Shown one piece after another: positions 7,697-16,556 of a stretch of DNA of 30,237 nucleotides. Positions within the stretch are counted from its first letter, which is position 1. Each line of letters opens with the position of its first letter. Under the pieces are notes generated by a model. That model searched no databases and was not told the DNA's origin. It saw only the letters and a list, made by a program, of their open reading frames with translations. The DNA lies in IMG/VR virus record IMGVR_UViG_3300044680_000064, positions 73,632 to 103,868 of that record; one strand, given 5' to 3'. The stretch is from a virus (lineage: Duplodnaviria > Heunggongvirae > Uroviricota > Caudoviricetes). The translations under genes and the position numbers were made by a program.

Positions 7697-9313
7697 ATGT
7701 CTGGACCATCTACCTCAGTGAATCCCGTTCTCTGGCACGACTTCAGCACTGGAGTCTACCAAGATAGCGGCACGTCTACGCCATGCACAGACGGCACCGC
7801 ACTTCAGCACATAGTTGACCAGAGCGGCAACGGCAACGACGGCCAGCAGGCTACGTCAGGGAATCGTCCAACTTGGCACAGCAACCCGTTCGGCTCGTTG
7901 ATGGGAGTGAATCAGGCCGGCGCATCGTTTAACGCCAGTAACAGCCAATACCTGCTTCACCCTTACAACGTCGCCAACGGCATCACGCTCTTTGTAATCG
8001 GCATGTGTCAAGGCACTGGCGACATGGCATGGATGGGGCTGGAGGCGTCGTCGGGAAACCTCGCTCCGTACTACTTTAAACCAAGCAACTCGGCCAGCCT
8101 CAATTCCGCAGTTGGTGAAGCCGGTGGGACGACTCTCTACGGCGGTCGAAACACCAACATCATGTTCATGCAGTTGGTGACGATCAGCAACAACACCGTG
8201 ACGCTCTGGCAAAATGGCGTCCAGGTCGCGAGCGCGTCATTCAGTGGCCAAGCATCGCCGGGAAGCAACGGATTCGTTGGTGCTAGCTATTACGGCGGGA
8301 ATCCAGTTGACTTTTTGACCGGGATTATCCGGCACCTGTTCATATTCCCGCAAGTCCTTGGGTCAATCGACATCGCGGCCTGCTTCAGTTGGGGGCGGTC
8401 ATACCTTCCGCCCGCGCCATCGCTCTCAGGTGTGAGCTACATCGGCGCTTTCTTCGATTCAACGAATGAAGTTTTGGTCATGGGCACGAGTTCGGACGGG
8501 ATCAACTTCCAGCAGTACCCGATTTCGTACGTGCCGAGCGGGATCAATTCTGGTTCGGTTGGTGCAACGACGCGTGATCCGCGAATCATCCAGAATTACA
8601 CAACGAAGACGGTCTGGAATCTCGCTCACACTTCCATCAGCTTGAGCACCGGGTTGCAAAGTGGCATGGCCCAGACGACGGACTTCGCTTACTGGACTTC
8701 GCTACCAAACCTCGATTGGTCTGACGTGACGGGCAGCCCGAATCAGGCATGGGCTCCGAATCTCTACGTCGATGGGAGCGGAAACACTTGGGTTTATTGT
8801 GCGGTCGGGAATTCGAGCGGGCCGACGCATGCGATTTGGTACAAGGAATTCACGGCAGCCGATTTGTCGTCAGCCGGTTCATCGACCGAGACTTCGATCA
8901 CGTCAGCGCCGACGAATATCATCGACCCGTTCCTGCTTCTTTACAGCGGCACGTACTATCTATTCTTCGCCAACAACACAGGCGGGTATGTTGGATATGC
9001 AAGCTGCTCAACGCAGAATGGCACGTACACCGTTGGCGTGAGCGGAGCTTCCAACACGCTCGGCCTTGGAGCGGCTGAAGGTCCGTTCTTTGTGACAGTT
9101 GGCAGCAATCTAACGATTTACGTTGATGCGACGGGCGCCGCACATCTCGAATATTCGCAGCCGAGCGGCGGACCAACCGGAACGTATCCGACGCCATCGA
9201 ACGTCAACCTGACCGCGTATGGCGGTGGATCGCTGACGCCAAGACATGGGACAATTATCAATTATTCAGCTGCTACCAGTCAAGGAACCGCTTCGCTTTG
9301 GCTTGTTGGCTAA
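7697..9313 (+). CDS. LamG/concanavalin-A-like domain fused to GH43-like five-bladed beta-propeller (putative receptor-binding / glycan-degrading virion protein)
   Basis: N half: DQSGNGN..Q.TSGNRP, TLWQNGVQV, FLTGIIRHLFIF. C half: RDPRII, WAPNLY, IIDPFL..GTYYLFF, EGPF, giving the three acidic positions of GH43-like propellers. Confidence 0.75.
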   Translation: MSGPSTSVNPVLWHDFSTGVYQDSGTSTPCTDGTALQHIVDQSGNGNDGQQATSGNRPTWHSNPFGSLMGVNQAGASFNASNSQYLLHPYNVANGITLFVIGMCQGTGDMAWMGLEASSGNLAPYYFKPSNSASLNSAVGEAGGTTLYGGRNTNIMFMQLVTISNNTVTLWQNGVQVASASFSGQASPGSNGFVGASYYGGNPVDFLTGIIRHLFIFPQVLGSIDIAACFSWGRSYLPPAPSLSGVSYIGAFFDSTNEVLVMGTSSDGINFQQYPISYVPSGINSGSVGATTRDPRIIQNYTTKTVWNLAHTSISLSTGLQSGMAQTTDFAYWTSLPNLDWSDVTGSPNQAWAPNLYVDGSGNTWVYCAVGNSSGPTHAIWYKEFTAADLSSAGSSTETSITSAPTNIIDPFLLLYSGTYYLFFANNTGGYVGYASCSTQNGTYTVGVSGASNTLGLGAAEGPFFVTVGSNLTIYVDATGAAHLEYSQPSGGPTGTYPTPSNVNLTAYGGGSLTPRHGTIINYSAATSQGTASLWLVG

Positions 9314-9316
9314 ATT

Positions 9317-12205
9317 ATGCTAAATCGAATCTCACCAGCTGTCGCCATTTCCGCAGGGACTCAACAAGTCTCTAGCGGTAGTCTGATATTCTCTAATTCC
9401 AATGGCGTATCGTTCGGGATCAACGGTAATACTCTGACGGCCAGCGCCGCCGGTGGCGGAGGCGGCGCATTCACGGGCGGAATGTCCACATTTGGGAACA
9501 CGCTCGGAAACACGGGCCTTGTCACGGGCCAACTTGTCCTCGTCGGAACGAACAATATCACGCTATCGGGATCGACCAATGGCGGGAGCATGACGATTTC
9601 GTTCTCTGGCGGCGCTGGTGCGGCCGGGAACACCGGATACATTTCAGCCGGCACTCTCACGGCCAGTCTCGGCACGGTAGTCTTCAGCAATAGCGGCGGC
9701 GTTAGTTTTGGCATCAATGGCCAGACCGTCACGGCTACGGTTGCGACAAATTACCTAACCACCGCTGACCTATCGCAGAATAGCAGCAAGTACATTCAGG
9801 CGTGGGATCTGACTGGTAATACAGCCGGAACAACATCGTCGGCCCAAGGTACTGCGCTGTGGTTATCGGGCGGCAATAGCATTACGGTCTCTGGAAACAG
9901 CAACACAATCGTCTTCTCGGTCGGGAACTACCTGACAACGGCCGATCTTTCGCAGAATAGTTCGAAGTATGCCGGCATCAATGGCGCGATCACGGGCGGC
10001 AGCATCACGGTCAATACATCTGGCGTCTCGGTGGCCTTGCCCGCTTATCTGACGACGGCGATGCAGAGCAACGCCACAACGATCTCGAATATCAACGTCA
10101 GTGCCGGAACGACGAGCCAGAATCTGTCCGCACTGGTATTCTCGAACTCGAACAACTTCAGTTTTGGTCTGAACGGTTCGACGATCACGGGCAGTTACAC
10201 AGTCCCAACGCAAACGAATCAGTCTGGGAACGTTTACGCATCGTCGAACACCTTTGGAACATCGTCTGGAACTTATGATGCACGCTCGCTGTCTATCGCG
10301 GGAAGCGGGGCTGTCTCTGTTGCAGCCAGCAATTCCGGTTGGGTAATCAGCGCGCCGACGCAAACGAACGATACTGGCAAGGTCTATGCGTCGTCCAATA
10401 CATTCGGCACGTCTAGCGGGACGTTCGATGTACGAACGTTGTCGATTGCCGGCAGCGGTGCCGTTAGCGTCGCTGCAAGTAATTCGGGATGGGTTATTTC
10501 GGCTCCGACGCAAACGGCCCAAACACAGAATTGCGTCGATCTTAGCCTTTCTGGCAACAGCACCTCGGCCGGCGCTGGCTACATCCTGATTTCGTCAGGC
10601 ACAGCTGTTCTTGCTGGCGGAAACAACATCACGCTGTCTCAGAATGGGCAGTCCATTACCATCTCTGGTGCCAACGCTGCCGGTGCCCAAACGGGTATCA
10701 GTGGCATCGCAGACTCGGCCCATACGCAGACTGTTGGCACTCTTTCGTTCGCCAATAGCAATGGCGTGACGTTCGGCCTTTCCACTGGCGCGAACACCGG
10801 CACGCTGACCGCCAGCGTCGCCGCGCAGACGAATCAGACGGGCGGAGTTTATGCCAGTTCCAACACGTTCGGGACATCTAGCGGCACTTACGACGCCCGC
10901 TCAATCTCGATCGCCGGAAGCGGAAATGTTTCAATCGCGGCTAGCAATTCCGGCTGGGTGGTGAGCGTTCCGAATCAGACCAATCAAACTGGCAATGTGT
11001 ATGCCAGTTCGAATACGTTCGGCACGAGCAGCGGGACGTATGACGCGAGGAGCCTGTCAATTGCTGGCTCTGGCGCCGTGTCCGTGGCGGCATCGAACTC
11101 TGGTTTCGTCATCAGCGCTCCGGTGCAGACCAATCAAAGCGTCGGTCTTTACGCCCTTGGCAACACGACCCAGAACAGTTCGACAACTCTGGATGCGCGT
11201 TCGCTTAGTTACAACGCGATCGGTGCTATGTCGTGGGGCTATTCCAACGGGTCCATTCAAGCATCCGTGCCGGCGACCTCCAGCCTGTCGGCTACCGGCT
11301 GGGCGTCAATCAGTGTCAACGGCTCAACGATCAGCATTGGCGCCTCGACAACGGCGAGCCTGTACGCTGTCGGCAACACCACAAACAACACGACGCAATC
11401 GCAGGATATCCGCACGGTCTCGTTCGCTGGCTTGGGCCAGGTCAGCGTCGGATTCAGCGGCGGTACGATGCAAGTGTCTGGACCGGCATTACTCTCGGCC
11501 TTTGAGCCGCTGCAACTCCAGACGAACACGAGCGTCAGCAGCTTCGCGACGAACTCGTACATCTTCCAGAAGATTCTGATTCCAGACCCGCTCGCGTGCA
11601 GCAAAATCAATGTCTTGAAGTCGCTCAACGCGGCCGTCGGCGCGAACGTCACAACGAAGACATTTAATCTGACCTACTTCCACGGTCTGACGCTCTTCTC
11701 GCGTCAGGATTATACGAACAATTCGAGTAATCTGTCGAGCTTTGCCTCGGCCAGTTTTGGTATCAGCCACACGTTCAGCTACAGCAGCTTGTCAGGCTCG
11801 GCAACCGTGGCATGGGCGACCAATTCGGCTGGCGGCACAAGCAGCGCCAGCTTCACAGATTCGATCATCTCGGGCATGACCAGCTATCTGACCGGCCTGA
11901 AGTTCGCCCAGATACCCTTCGTGGCAACGCTGACGAGCCCAGAAATCTGGATCGCGCACAACGAATCGTCGAGCACGAGCGGCAGCCCGCCCTGCGTCAG
12001 CGTGTCGTTCAGCGACGTTTACATGACTCCACTTGTGTCCACCATCGGGGCGTGGTCAAATAGTGGAAGCGACACAGCCAGAAATCCGCAGGGCGAAGGC
12101 TTCGGCAACGCGTCGGCGACAGCGAACACGATGCCGTTCTCGAATATCTCCGCGGCGACGCAGGCTTTCATTTACCACAACTACTCGAATGTGCTGGTGA
12201 CATGA
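9317..12205 (+). CDS. Ser/Thr/Gly/Asn-rich repetitive fibre / adhesin-like protein (962 aa)
   Basis: Very few charged residues, three internal repeat families and a non-repetitive C-terminal region of about 240 aa. Confidence 0.8.
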   Translation: MLNRISPAVAISAGTQQVSSGSLIFSNSNGVSFGINGNTLTASAAGGGGGAFTGGMSTFGNTLGNTGLVTGQLVLVGTNNITLSGSTNGGSMTISFSGGAGAAGNTGYISAGTLTASLGTVVFSNSGGVSFGINGQTVTATVATNYLTTADLSQNSSKYIQAWDLTGNTAGTTSSAQGTALWLSGGNSITVSGNSNTIVFSVGNYLTTADLSQNSSKYAGINGAITGGSITVNTSGVSVALPAYLTTAMQSNATTISNINVSAGTTSQNLSALVFSNSNNFSFGLNGSTITGSYTVPTQTNQSGNVYASSNTFGTSSGTYDARSLSIAGSGAVSVAASNSGWVISAPTQTNDTGKVYASSNTFGTSSGTFDVRTLSIAGSGAVSVAASNSGWVISAPTQTAQTQNCVDLSLSGNSTSAGAGYILISSGTAVLAGGNNITLSQNGQSITISGANAAGAQTGISGIADSAHTQTVGTLSFANSNGVTFGLSTGANTGTLTASVAAQTNQTGGVYASSNTFGTSSGTYDARSISIAGSGNVSIAASNSGWVVSVPNQTNQTGNVYASSNTFGTSSGTYDARSLSIAGSGAVSVAASNSGFVISAPVQTNQSVGLYALGNTTQNSSTTLDARSLSYNAIGAMSWGYSNGSIQASVPATSSLSATGWASISVNGSTISIGASTTASLYAVGNTTNNTTQSQDIRTVSFAGLGQVSVGFSGGTMQVSGPALLSAFEPLQLQTNTSVSSFATNSYIFQKILIPDPLACSKINVLKSLNAAVGANVTTKTFNLTYFHGLTLFSRQDYTNNSSNLSSFASASFGISHTFSYSSLSGSATVAWATNSAGGTSSASFTDSIISGMTSYLTGLKFAQIPFVATLTSPEIWIAHNESSSTSGSPPCVSVSFSDVYMTPLVSTIGAWSNSGSDTARNPQGEGFGNASATANTMPFSNISAATQAFIYHNYSNVLVT
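10208..11122 (+). repeat. 50-aa (150-nt) coding repeats, four clear copies in two tandem pairs
   Basis: Units start at 10208, 10358, 10823 and 10973 with consensus xQTNQxGxVYASSNTFGTSSGTYDARSLSIAGSGAVSVAASNSGWVISAP. Two more degenerate copies follow 11123. Confidence 0.92.
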
Positions 12206-12924
12206 CGACGCAGCAGTTGATCGTGCAGGACATGGGAGGGTTCCATAATGCGAATCTCGAAGCGACACGCGCGCGACTTATCCGCGGCGGATCGTACAAG
12301 AAGCAGCGTGTCATTCTCATCATCCCGGCCATCAAGCCAATACCGCCCAAGGTGTATCTTTCGCACTGCTCGCTAATTTTCCCGCCTAATCAGCCGGTCG
12401 TCAGAATTTTGGCCGAAGGAATGGAGGTGGGAGATTCCTACAGTCAGGCCATCGCGAACGTGTTGTCGCATCCATACCTTTCTGAATTTGAGTACATTTG
12501 TACGATCGAGGCAGATAATTGCCCGCCCAATGATGGCGTCTTGAAGTTAATAGAGAGAATGGAAAATCATCCGGAAATGTCCGCGATTTCCGGTTTGTAC
12601 TATACAAAATTTTGCGGCGGCGTGGCCCAGATTTGGGGATCTCCACAGCAAGACCCAGTATTCAATTGTCGGCCACAGCTACCAGTGCCAGGCGAGTTGG
12701 TCGAAGCATACGGAATTGGCATGGGCTTCGCCCTATGGCGCACTTCCATGTTCAAAGATGCGCGCCTGCCGCGACCTTGGTTTAAGACGAATGCGAGCAA
12801 AAATGGTGTGGGAACTCAAGACCTGCACTTCGCATCCGAAATTCGTAAATTCGGCTACAGGCTTGGTGTCGATTGCGATGTCAAAGTAGGTCACTACGAT
12901 TTTGAAAATGACATGATGTGGTAG
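12202..12924 (+). CDS. Glycosyltransferase family 2-like (GT-A fold)
   Basis: EYICTIEADNCPP (DxD-like), AISGLYYTK, GIGMGFALW, PRPWF, TQDLHF, VDCDVKVGH. Confidence 0.82.
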   Translation: MTTQQLIVQDMGGFHNANLEATRARLIRGGSYKKQRVILIIPAIKPIPPKVYLSHCSLIFPPNQPVVRILAEGMEVGDSYSQAIANVLSHPYLSEFEYICTIEADNCPPNDGVLKLIERMENHPEMSAISGLYYTKFCGGVAQIWGSPQQDPVFNCRPQLPVPGELVEAYGIGMGFALWRTSMFKDARLPRPWFKTNASKNGVGTQDLHFASEIRKFGYRLGVDCDVKVGHYDFENDMMW

Positions 12925-12955
12925 AATGGTAATAGCCAACACATACGAGGTTGCT

Positions 12956-13438
12956 ATGCCATCTTCATCAGCCATCAGAAGTCGTAAGTATCGAGCGAAA
13001 GATGTAGACGCTTACAGGAAAAATAAACGCGAGTATGCTAGGACTCCAGAGCAGCGCGCTAAACGCAACGCCTACATGGCTATCTGGAGAGAGAGAAACC
13101 GAGAAAAACACAATCGTCAAGCGAGAGAATCACACGCCAGAAACTCGCACAAGCATAAGCAGAAACGCAAAGATCACGCTCTCAAGGTGTCTTACGGTCT
13201 TACGCGAGACGATTACAATGCAATGCTCGCTTCTCAAGATGGGGTATGCTTTATCTGCCGACTCGCCGAGAGAGCCAAGAAGACTGGGCAGACGCCGCGA
13301 AATCTGGCCGTTGACCATTGCCACGCAACCGGAAAGATTCGTGGTCTACTCTGCACAAAATGCAATGGTAATCTAGGCTGGTTCGAAAAGTTCAAGGATT
13401 CAATACTGAGATATTTGGATAGGACCATAGCTACATGA
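12956..13438 (+). CDS. Endonuclease VII-type HNH endonuclease (free-standing, homing-like)
   Basis: YGLT..Y..ML..Q.GVCFIC, LAVDHCHATGKIRGLLCTKCN. GAGG precedes ATG 12956; an alternative start is at 12926. The N-terminus is basic. Confidence 0.9.
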   Translation: MPSSSAIRSRKYRAKDVDAYRKNKREYARTPEQRAKRNAYMAIWRERNREKHNRQARESHARNSHKHKQKRKDHALKVSYGLTRDDYNAMLASQDGVCFICRLAERAKKTGQTPRNLAVDHCHATGKIRGLLCTKCNGNLGWFEKFKDSILRYLDRTIAT

Positions 13439-14220
13439 CCGCGACTCTCGAAGAGACAAGACCATTCGCCTCTGTCTTCTGCCGTCATTGTGGCGAAGGC
13501 TTCCTTCGCGCCGACTTGGCGGGCGACCATGAGGCAAAGTGCATAGGCATACAAGCCGCCGATGGCCGATGCGCGAGCTGCGGCTTGTTTATTTATCCGG
13601 ACGGTCTCTATGCGGGGCTTTTGCACGGCGAACCATGCCGATGCAATGTGAAACCGATTCTGAAACTTGACATCGGATGTGGCGGTAACAAGCGGCAGGA
13701 CAATGGCCCGTGGATTGGCGTCGATTGCTTGCAGATGATTGGCGTTGATGTTGTTGCCGATCTGCGAGAGACGTGGCCCTGGGAAGACGGCTCCGTGACG
13801 GAGATACACGCTTCGCATGTTCTGGAGCATTTTGGCTCGATGCAGCGCGTACATATCGCCAACGAGATGTACCGGGTGCTCATGCCTGGCGGCAAGGCGA
13901 CGGTGATCGTGCCTCATTGGGCGAGCTGTCGCGCCTACGGCGATCCGACGCATCAATGGCCACCCTGCGGAGAATTTTGGTTCTACTATCTTTCGCGTGA
14001 GTGGCGTCTCGGGAATGCCGACAAGAAGATTCCAGCCAACGCGCCGCACACGGACGCGAAATATCTCGAAGGCGGTTTCAACTGCGATTTCGAGGCGACG
14101 TGGGGCTACACGCCGCATCCGCACTGGCAAACGCGATCGGCCGAAGCGCAGCAGTTCGCTTTCCAGTTCAACAAGGAAGCGATTCAGGACATGATAAGTA
14201 CGTGGACGGCCCGGAAGTGA
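13435..14220 (+). CDS. Class I SAM-dependent methyltransferase with N-terminal Cys/His zinc-binding motifs
   Basis: LKLDIGCGG motif I, DVVADLRETWPWEDGSVTEIHASHVLEH and RVLMPGG. N-terminal CRHC..H..C and CASC..H..CRC. Confidence 0.85.
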   Translation: MTATLEETRPFASVFCRHCGEGFLRADLAGDHEAKCIGIQAADGRCASCGLFIYPDGLYAGLLHGEPCRCNVKPILKLDIGCGGNKRQDNGPWIGVDCLQMIGVDVVADLRETWPWEDGSVTEIHASHVLEHFGSMQRVHIANEMYRVLMPGGKATVIVPHWASCRAYGDPTHQWPPCGEFWFYYLSREWRLGNADKKIPANAPHTDAKYLEGGFNCDFEATWGYTPHPHWQTRSAEAQQFAFQFNKEAIQDMISTWTARK

Positions 14221-14221
14221 C

Positions 14222-14578
14222 ATGCCGAACCAGATTCAAGTATCGACAACCACCGGCAGCACGATCTACGCCCTGGTCCGCAATGCGGCCTCGCTGATTT
14301 GGAACGGCTCTGGATTCGAGACATACGAGACGGCGAATTACGCCAACTACCCGCTCTCGATGACCGAACAAGGATCACACAGCGGCTATTACGCTGGCCC
14401 GTTCCCGATCGTGATACCAGGCGAGTACGAAATTGTGATGAAGGCGCAGTCGGGCGGTTCGCCAGCCGAGACGGACCAGAGCGCCGGGAATCAGACGGTG
14501 GTGTGGGACGGCACGCAGTTTGGCCTTGTCGGTCTTGAGAATGGCGGCATCGCGTACATCGGACCAAGTTTGTCATGA
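14222..14578 (+). CDS. Putative virion protein, paralogue of 14575-15291
   Basis: 73 of the first 105 residues are identical, without gaps, to the next ORF (hand alignment). Confidence 0.8.
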   Translation: MPNQIQVSTTTGSTIYALVRNAASLIWNGSGFETYETANYANYPLSMTEQGSHSGYYAGPFPIVIPGEYEIVMKAQSGGSPAETDQSAGNQTVVWDGTQFGLVGLENGGIAYIGPSLS

Positions 14579-15291
14579 GCGATCAAATCCAAGTTGACGG
14601 TTTGACAGGCCAGACGGTCTACTCTCTCGTGCGCAATGCGCTGGGCGCGATCTGGAATGGCACGGCGTTCGTCACCTACGTCACTGCCAACTACGCGACG
14701 TACCCAATTGCAATGACCGAGCAGGGCTCGCATTCAGGCTATTACGCCGGCACGTTCCCCACTGTCGCCGCGGGTGAATACGAGGTCGTGGCGAAGCAGC
14801 AGGCCGGCGGCAGCCCGGCGGAGACTGACGCGACGGTTGGCAACGGAACCATCGTCTGGGACGGGACACAGTTCTCGCTCGTCGGTCTGTTGCAAAACAC
14901 AATCAATTGTTCCGGCCCGGTCGATCCGATCACGGGCAACGTCACGATCATCGGCGGCGATGCGTACACGGCGGCAAACGGCAGACCGTTGCTTTGGAAC
15001 GCTCCCGTAGGGAATGGAATACCAGACCTAACTGGCGCCACTCTGGTCGCGAATTTCTACAAGTCGAAGTTGCTTGTCAATCCGACGATTGTCGGGACCG
15101 CGACGGCGCTCAATGCGGGCGGTTCAAGCCAGCAAGTTCAGCTGTCTTTGCAACCGGACGACTCAGCTGCGGTAATCGGCTGCACTCTGCTCGCGATCGT
15201 CGCTTATGACTCGTCGTTGACAACGTGGACGGTGATAAGACAGTCAACGACTATTCTTGAACCGAGCAACCTTGGCGTGCCACGGATATGA
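14575..15291 (+). CDS. Putative virion protein, paralogous N domain plus a C-terminal extension of about 130 aa
   Basis: ATGA overlap; shares MTEQGSHSGYYAG and GGSPAETD with the upstream ORF. Confidence 0.8.
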   Translation: MSDQIQVDGLTGQTVYSLVRNALGAIWNGTAFVTYVTANYATYPIAMTEQGSHSGYYAGTFPTVAAGEYEVVAKQQAGGSPAETDATVGNGTIVWDGTQFSLVGLLQNTINCSGPVDPITGNVTIIGGDAYTAANGRPLLWNAPVGNGIPDLTGATLVANFYKSKLLVNPTIVGTATALNAGGSSQQVQLSLQPDDSAAVIGCTLLAIVAYDSSLTTWTVIRQSTTILEPSNLGVPRI

Positions 15292-15294
15292 AAG

Positions 15295-15660
15295 ATGACC
15301 GTCAGCCGATTGTACTTCAGAAAAGGTAAGCTAGTCCAGCTTCGGGCGATTGATCTTGTCGGCTTGAAGACGCTTAGAGATGCAGACGGCTGGCGGCTTG
15401 TGACATCATCCAACATCAAGGCGCTACGGTGGAGACCGCCATTTGAAGGAGATAACGGCCGCTCTGGTCTCGGTGTGTGGTTTGCTCCGACGAATGCGGA
15501 TGGAAAGCCAAGCGGCAAGGAAACGATTTACTGGCTTTCTGGAGTTCCGTTCGACGAATACGCCAAGATGCTGACATCGGCCAGTAAAGGGAAATTCTAC
15601 TATTACTTCGTGCGTCCACGGTGGCCAGTAACTGCTGGCCCACTAGAAATAGGCGACTAA
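15295..15660 (+). CDS. KTSC domain protein
   Basis: VTSSNI...LGVWF...YWLSGVPFDEYAKMLTSASKGKFYYYFVR fits the KTSC pattern SS.I...L.V.F...Y.Y..VP...Y..L..A.SKG.F. Confidence 0.75.
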   Translation: MTVSRLYFRKGKLVQLRAIDLVGLKTLRDADGWRLVTSSNIKALRWRPPFEGDNGRSGLGVWFAPTNADGKPSGKETIYWLSGVPFDEYAKMLTSASKGKFYYYFVRPRWPVTAGPLEIGD

Positions 15661-15674
15661 CTCAAGGGTGAAAT

Positions 15675-16343
15675 ATGAATCGCGTCAAACAATCGTGCCT
15701 CAACCTCTTCGACGCGACCGGCGCTGCTGTCGGTGGCACGTCTCTTAGCGGGTTGCAGTTCCCAGGCTCGAATACTGTCGCGCCGACGGTTGAGAATCGC
15801 AGCCAGATTCTGCCGCTGTCAGGCGGCTACGTCTTCCCGATCAGCAATGCGACTCCAGCCGTGTGCGGCGGCGTTGTTTCTGTCGGTCAGGACTGGGGCG
15901 ACATTTTGCTCGACTTCTTGGCAACCGGCACGGGTAACTTAGTCGTTGAAATCGGCAAGATCAGCGCCGTGCTGCCGGCCGCTTCGCCGCCTTCATTTGG
16001 CTTGGCCGAACCGCTGGCCAAGTTGACTCTGTCGCCATCGGCGACAAGCGCACCTGCCAATCTTGATCCTTACACGTTGACGACGATTGCTTCGACGACG
16101 TTTTCGTTCTTCGACGCGACCACGCGCACGACTTTGTATGGCAACAACGAACAAGTCACGCTGTCGGCGAACGGCGGCTCCGCGAACGGGTTCCCGGTCC
16201 AGGTCCGCGTCAACACAACTGAAGGTCTTTTCTATTACGTGCTAATCTTGGCACTGAACAGTCTCACCCGAGTCCGCTGCAACTTCCGTCCCGTCCCATC
16301 CAGCGGCAGCTTTATCAATGGCGTCGTAAAATCTGAGACATGA
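15675..16343 (+). CDS. Hypothetical protein, probably structural (low charge, beta-rich)
   Basis: AAGGG-type RBS and 222-aa ORF; no motif recognised. Confidence 0.65.
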   Translation: MNRVKQSCLNLFDATGAAVGGTSLSGLQFPGSNTVAPTVENRSQILPLSGGYVFPISNATPAVCGGVVSVGQDWGDILLDFLATGTGNLVVEIGKISAVLPAASPPSFGLAEPLAKLTLSPSATSAPANLDPYTLTTIASTTFSFFDATTRTTLYGNNEQVTLSANGGSANGFPVQVRVNTTEGLFYYVLILALNSLTRVRCNFRPVPSSGSFINGVVKSET

Positions 16344-16364
16344 GAAATCAGAGATAGGACCATC

Positions 16365-16556
16365 ATGTCACAGCCGCGCGTCAACTACGCGCGCTGCCAA
16401 TGGTGCAGCGCGCGTCTTTCTTTCATCGGGATATTCGAATGCACCATCCCCAAGACTGGCGAGCGCGAAGATATGAAGATTCTTCAATGCGAGAAGTGCT
16501 TGCGAGGCGTGATCGTCAGGCCGGAAGACGTTGCGGTTGATTCGAGACGGGGATAG
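16365..16556 (+). CDS. Small zinc-ribbon protein
   Basis: AGGA RBS; CQWC and CEKC pairs. Confidence 0.6.
   Translation: MSQPRVNYARCQWCSARLSFIGIFECTIPKTGEREDMKILQCEKCLRGVIVRPEDVAVDSRRG

Noticed and set aside
13234-14223. 329-aa ORF on - strand
   Set aside because: It is antisense to the HNH and methyltransferase genes.
1-16556. Gene transfer agent or contractile injection system instead of phage
   Set aside because: No sheath or baseplate wedge motifs are seen, and a complete phage early arm is attached.
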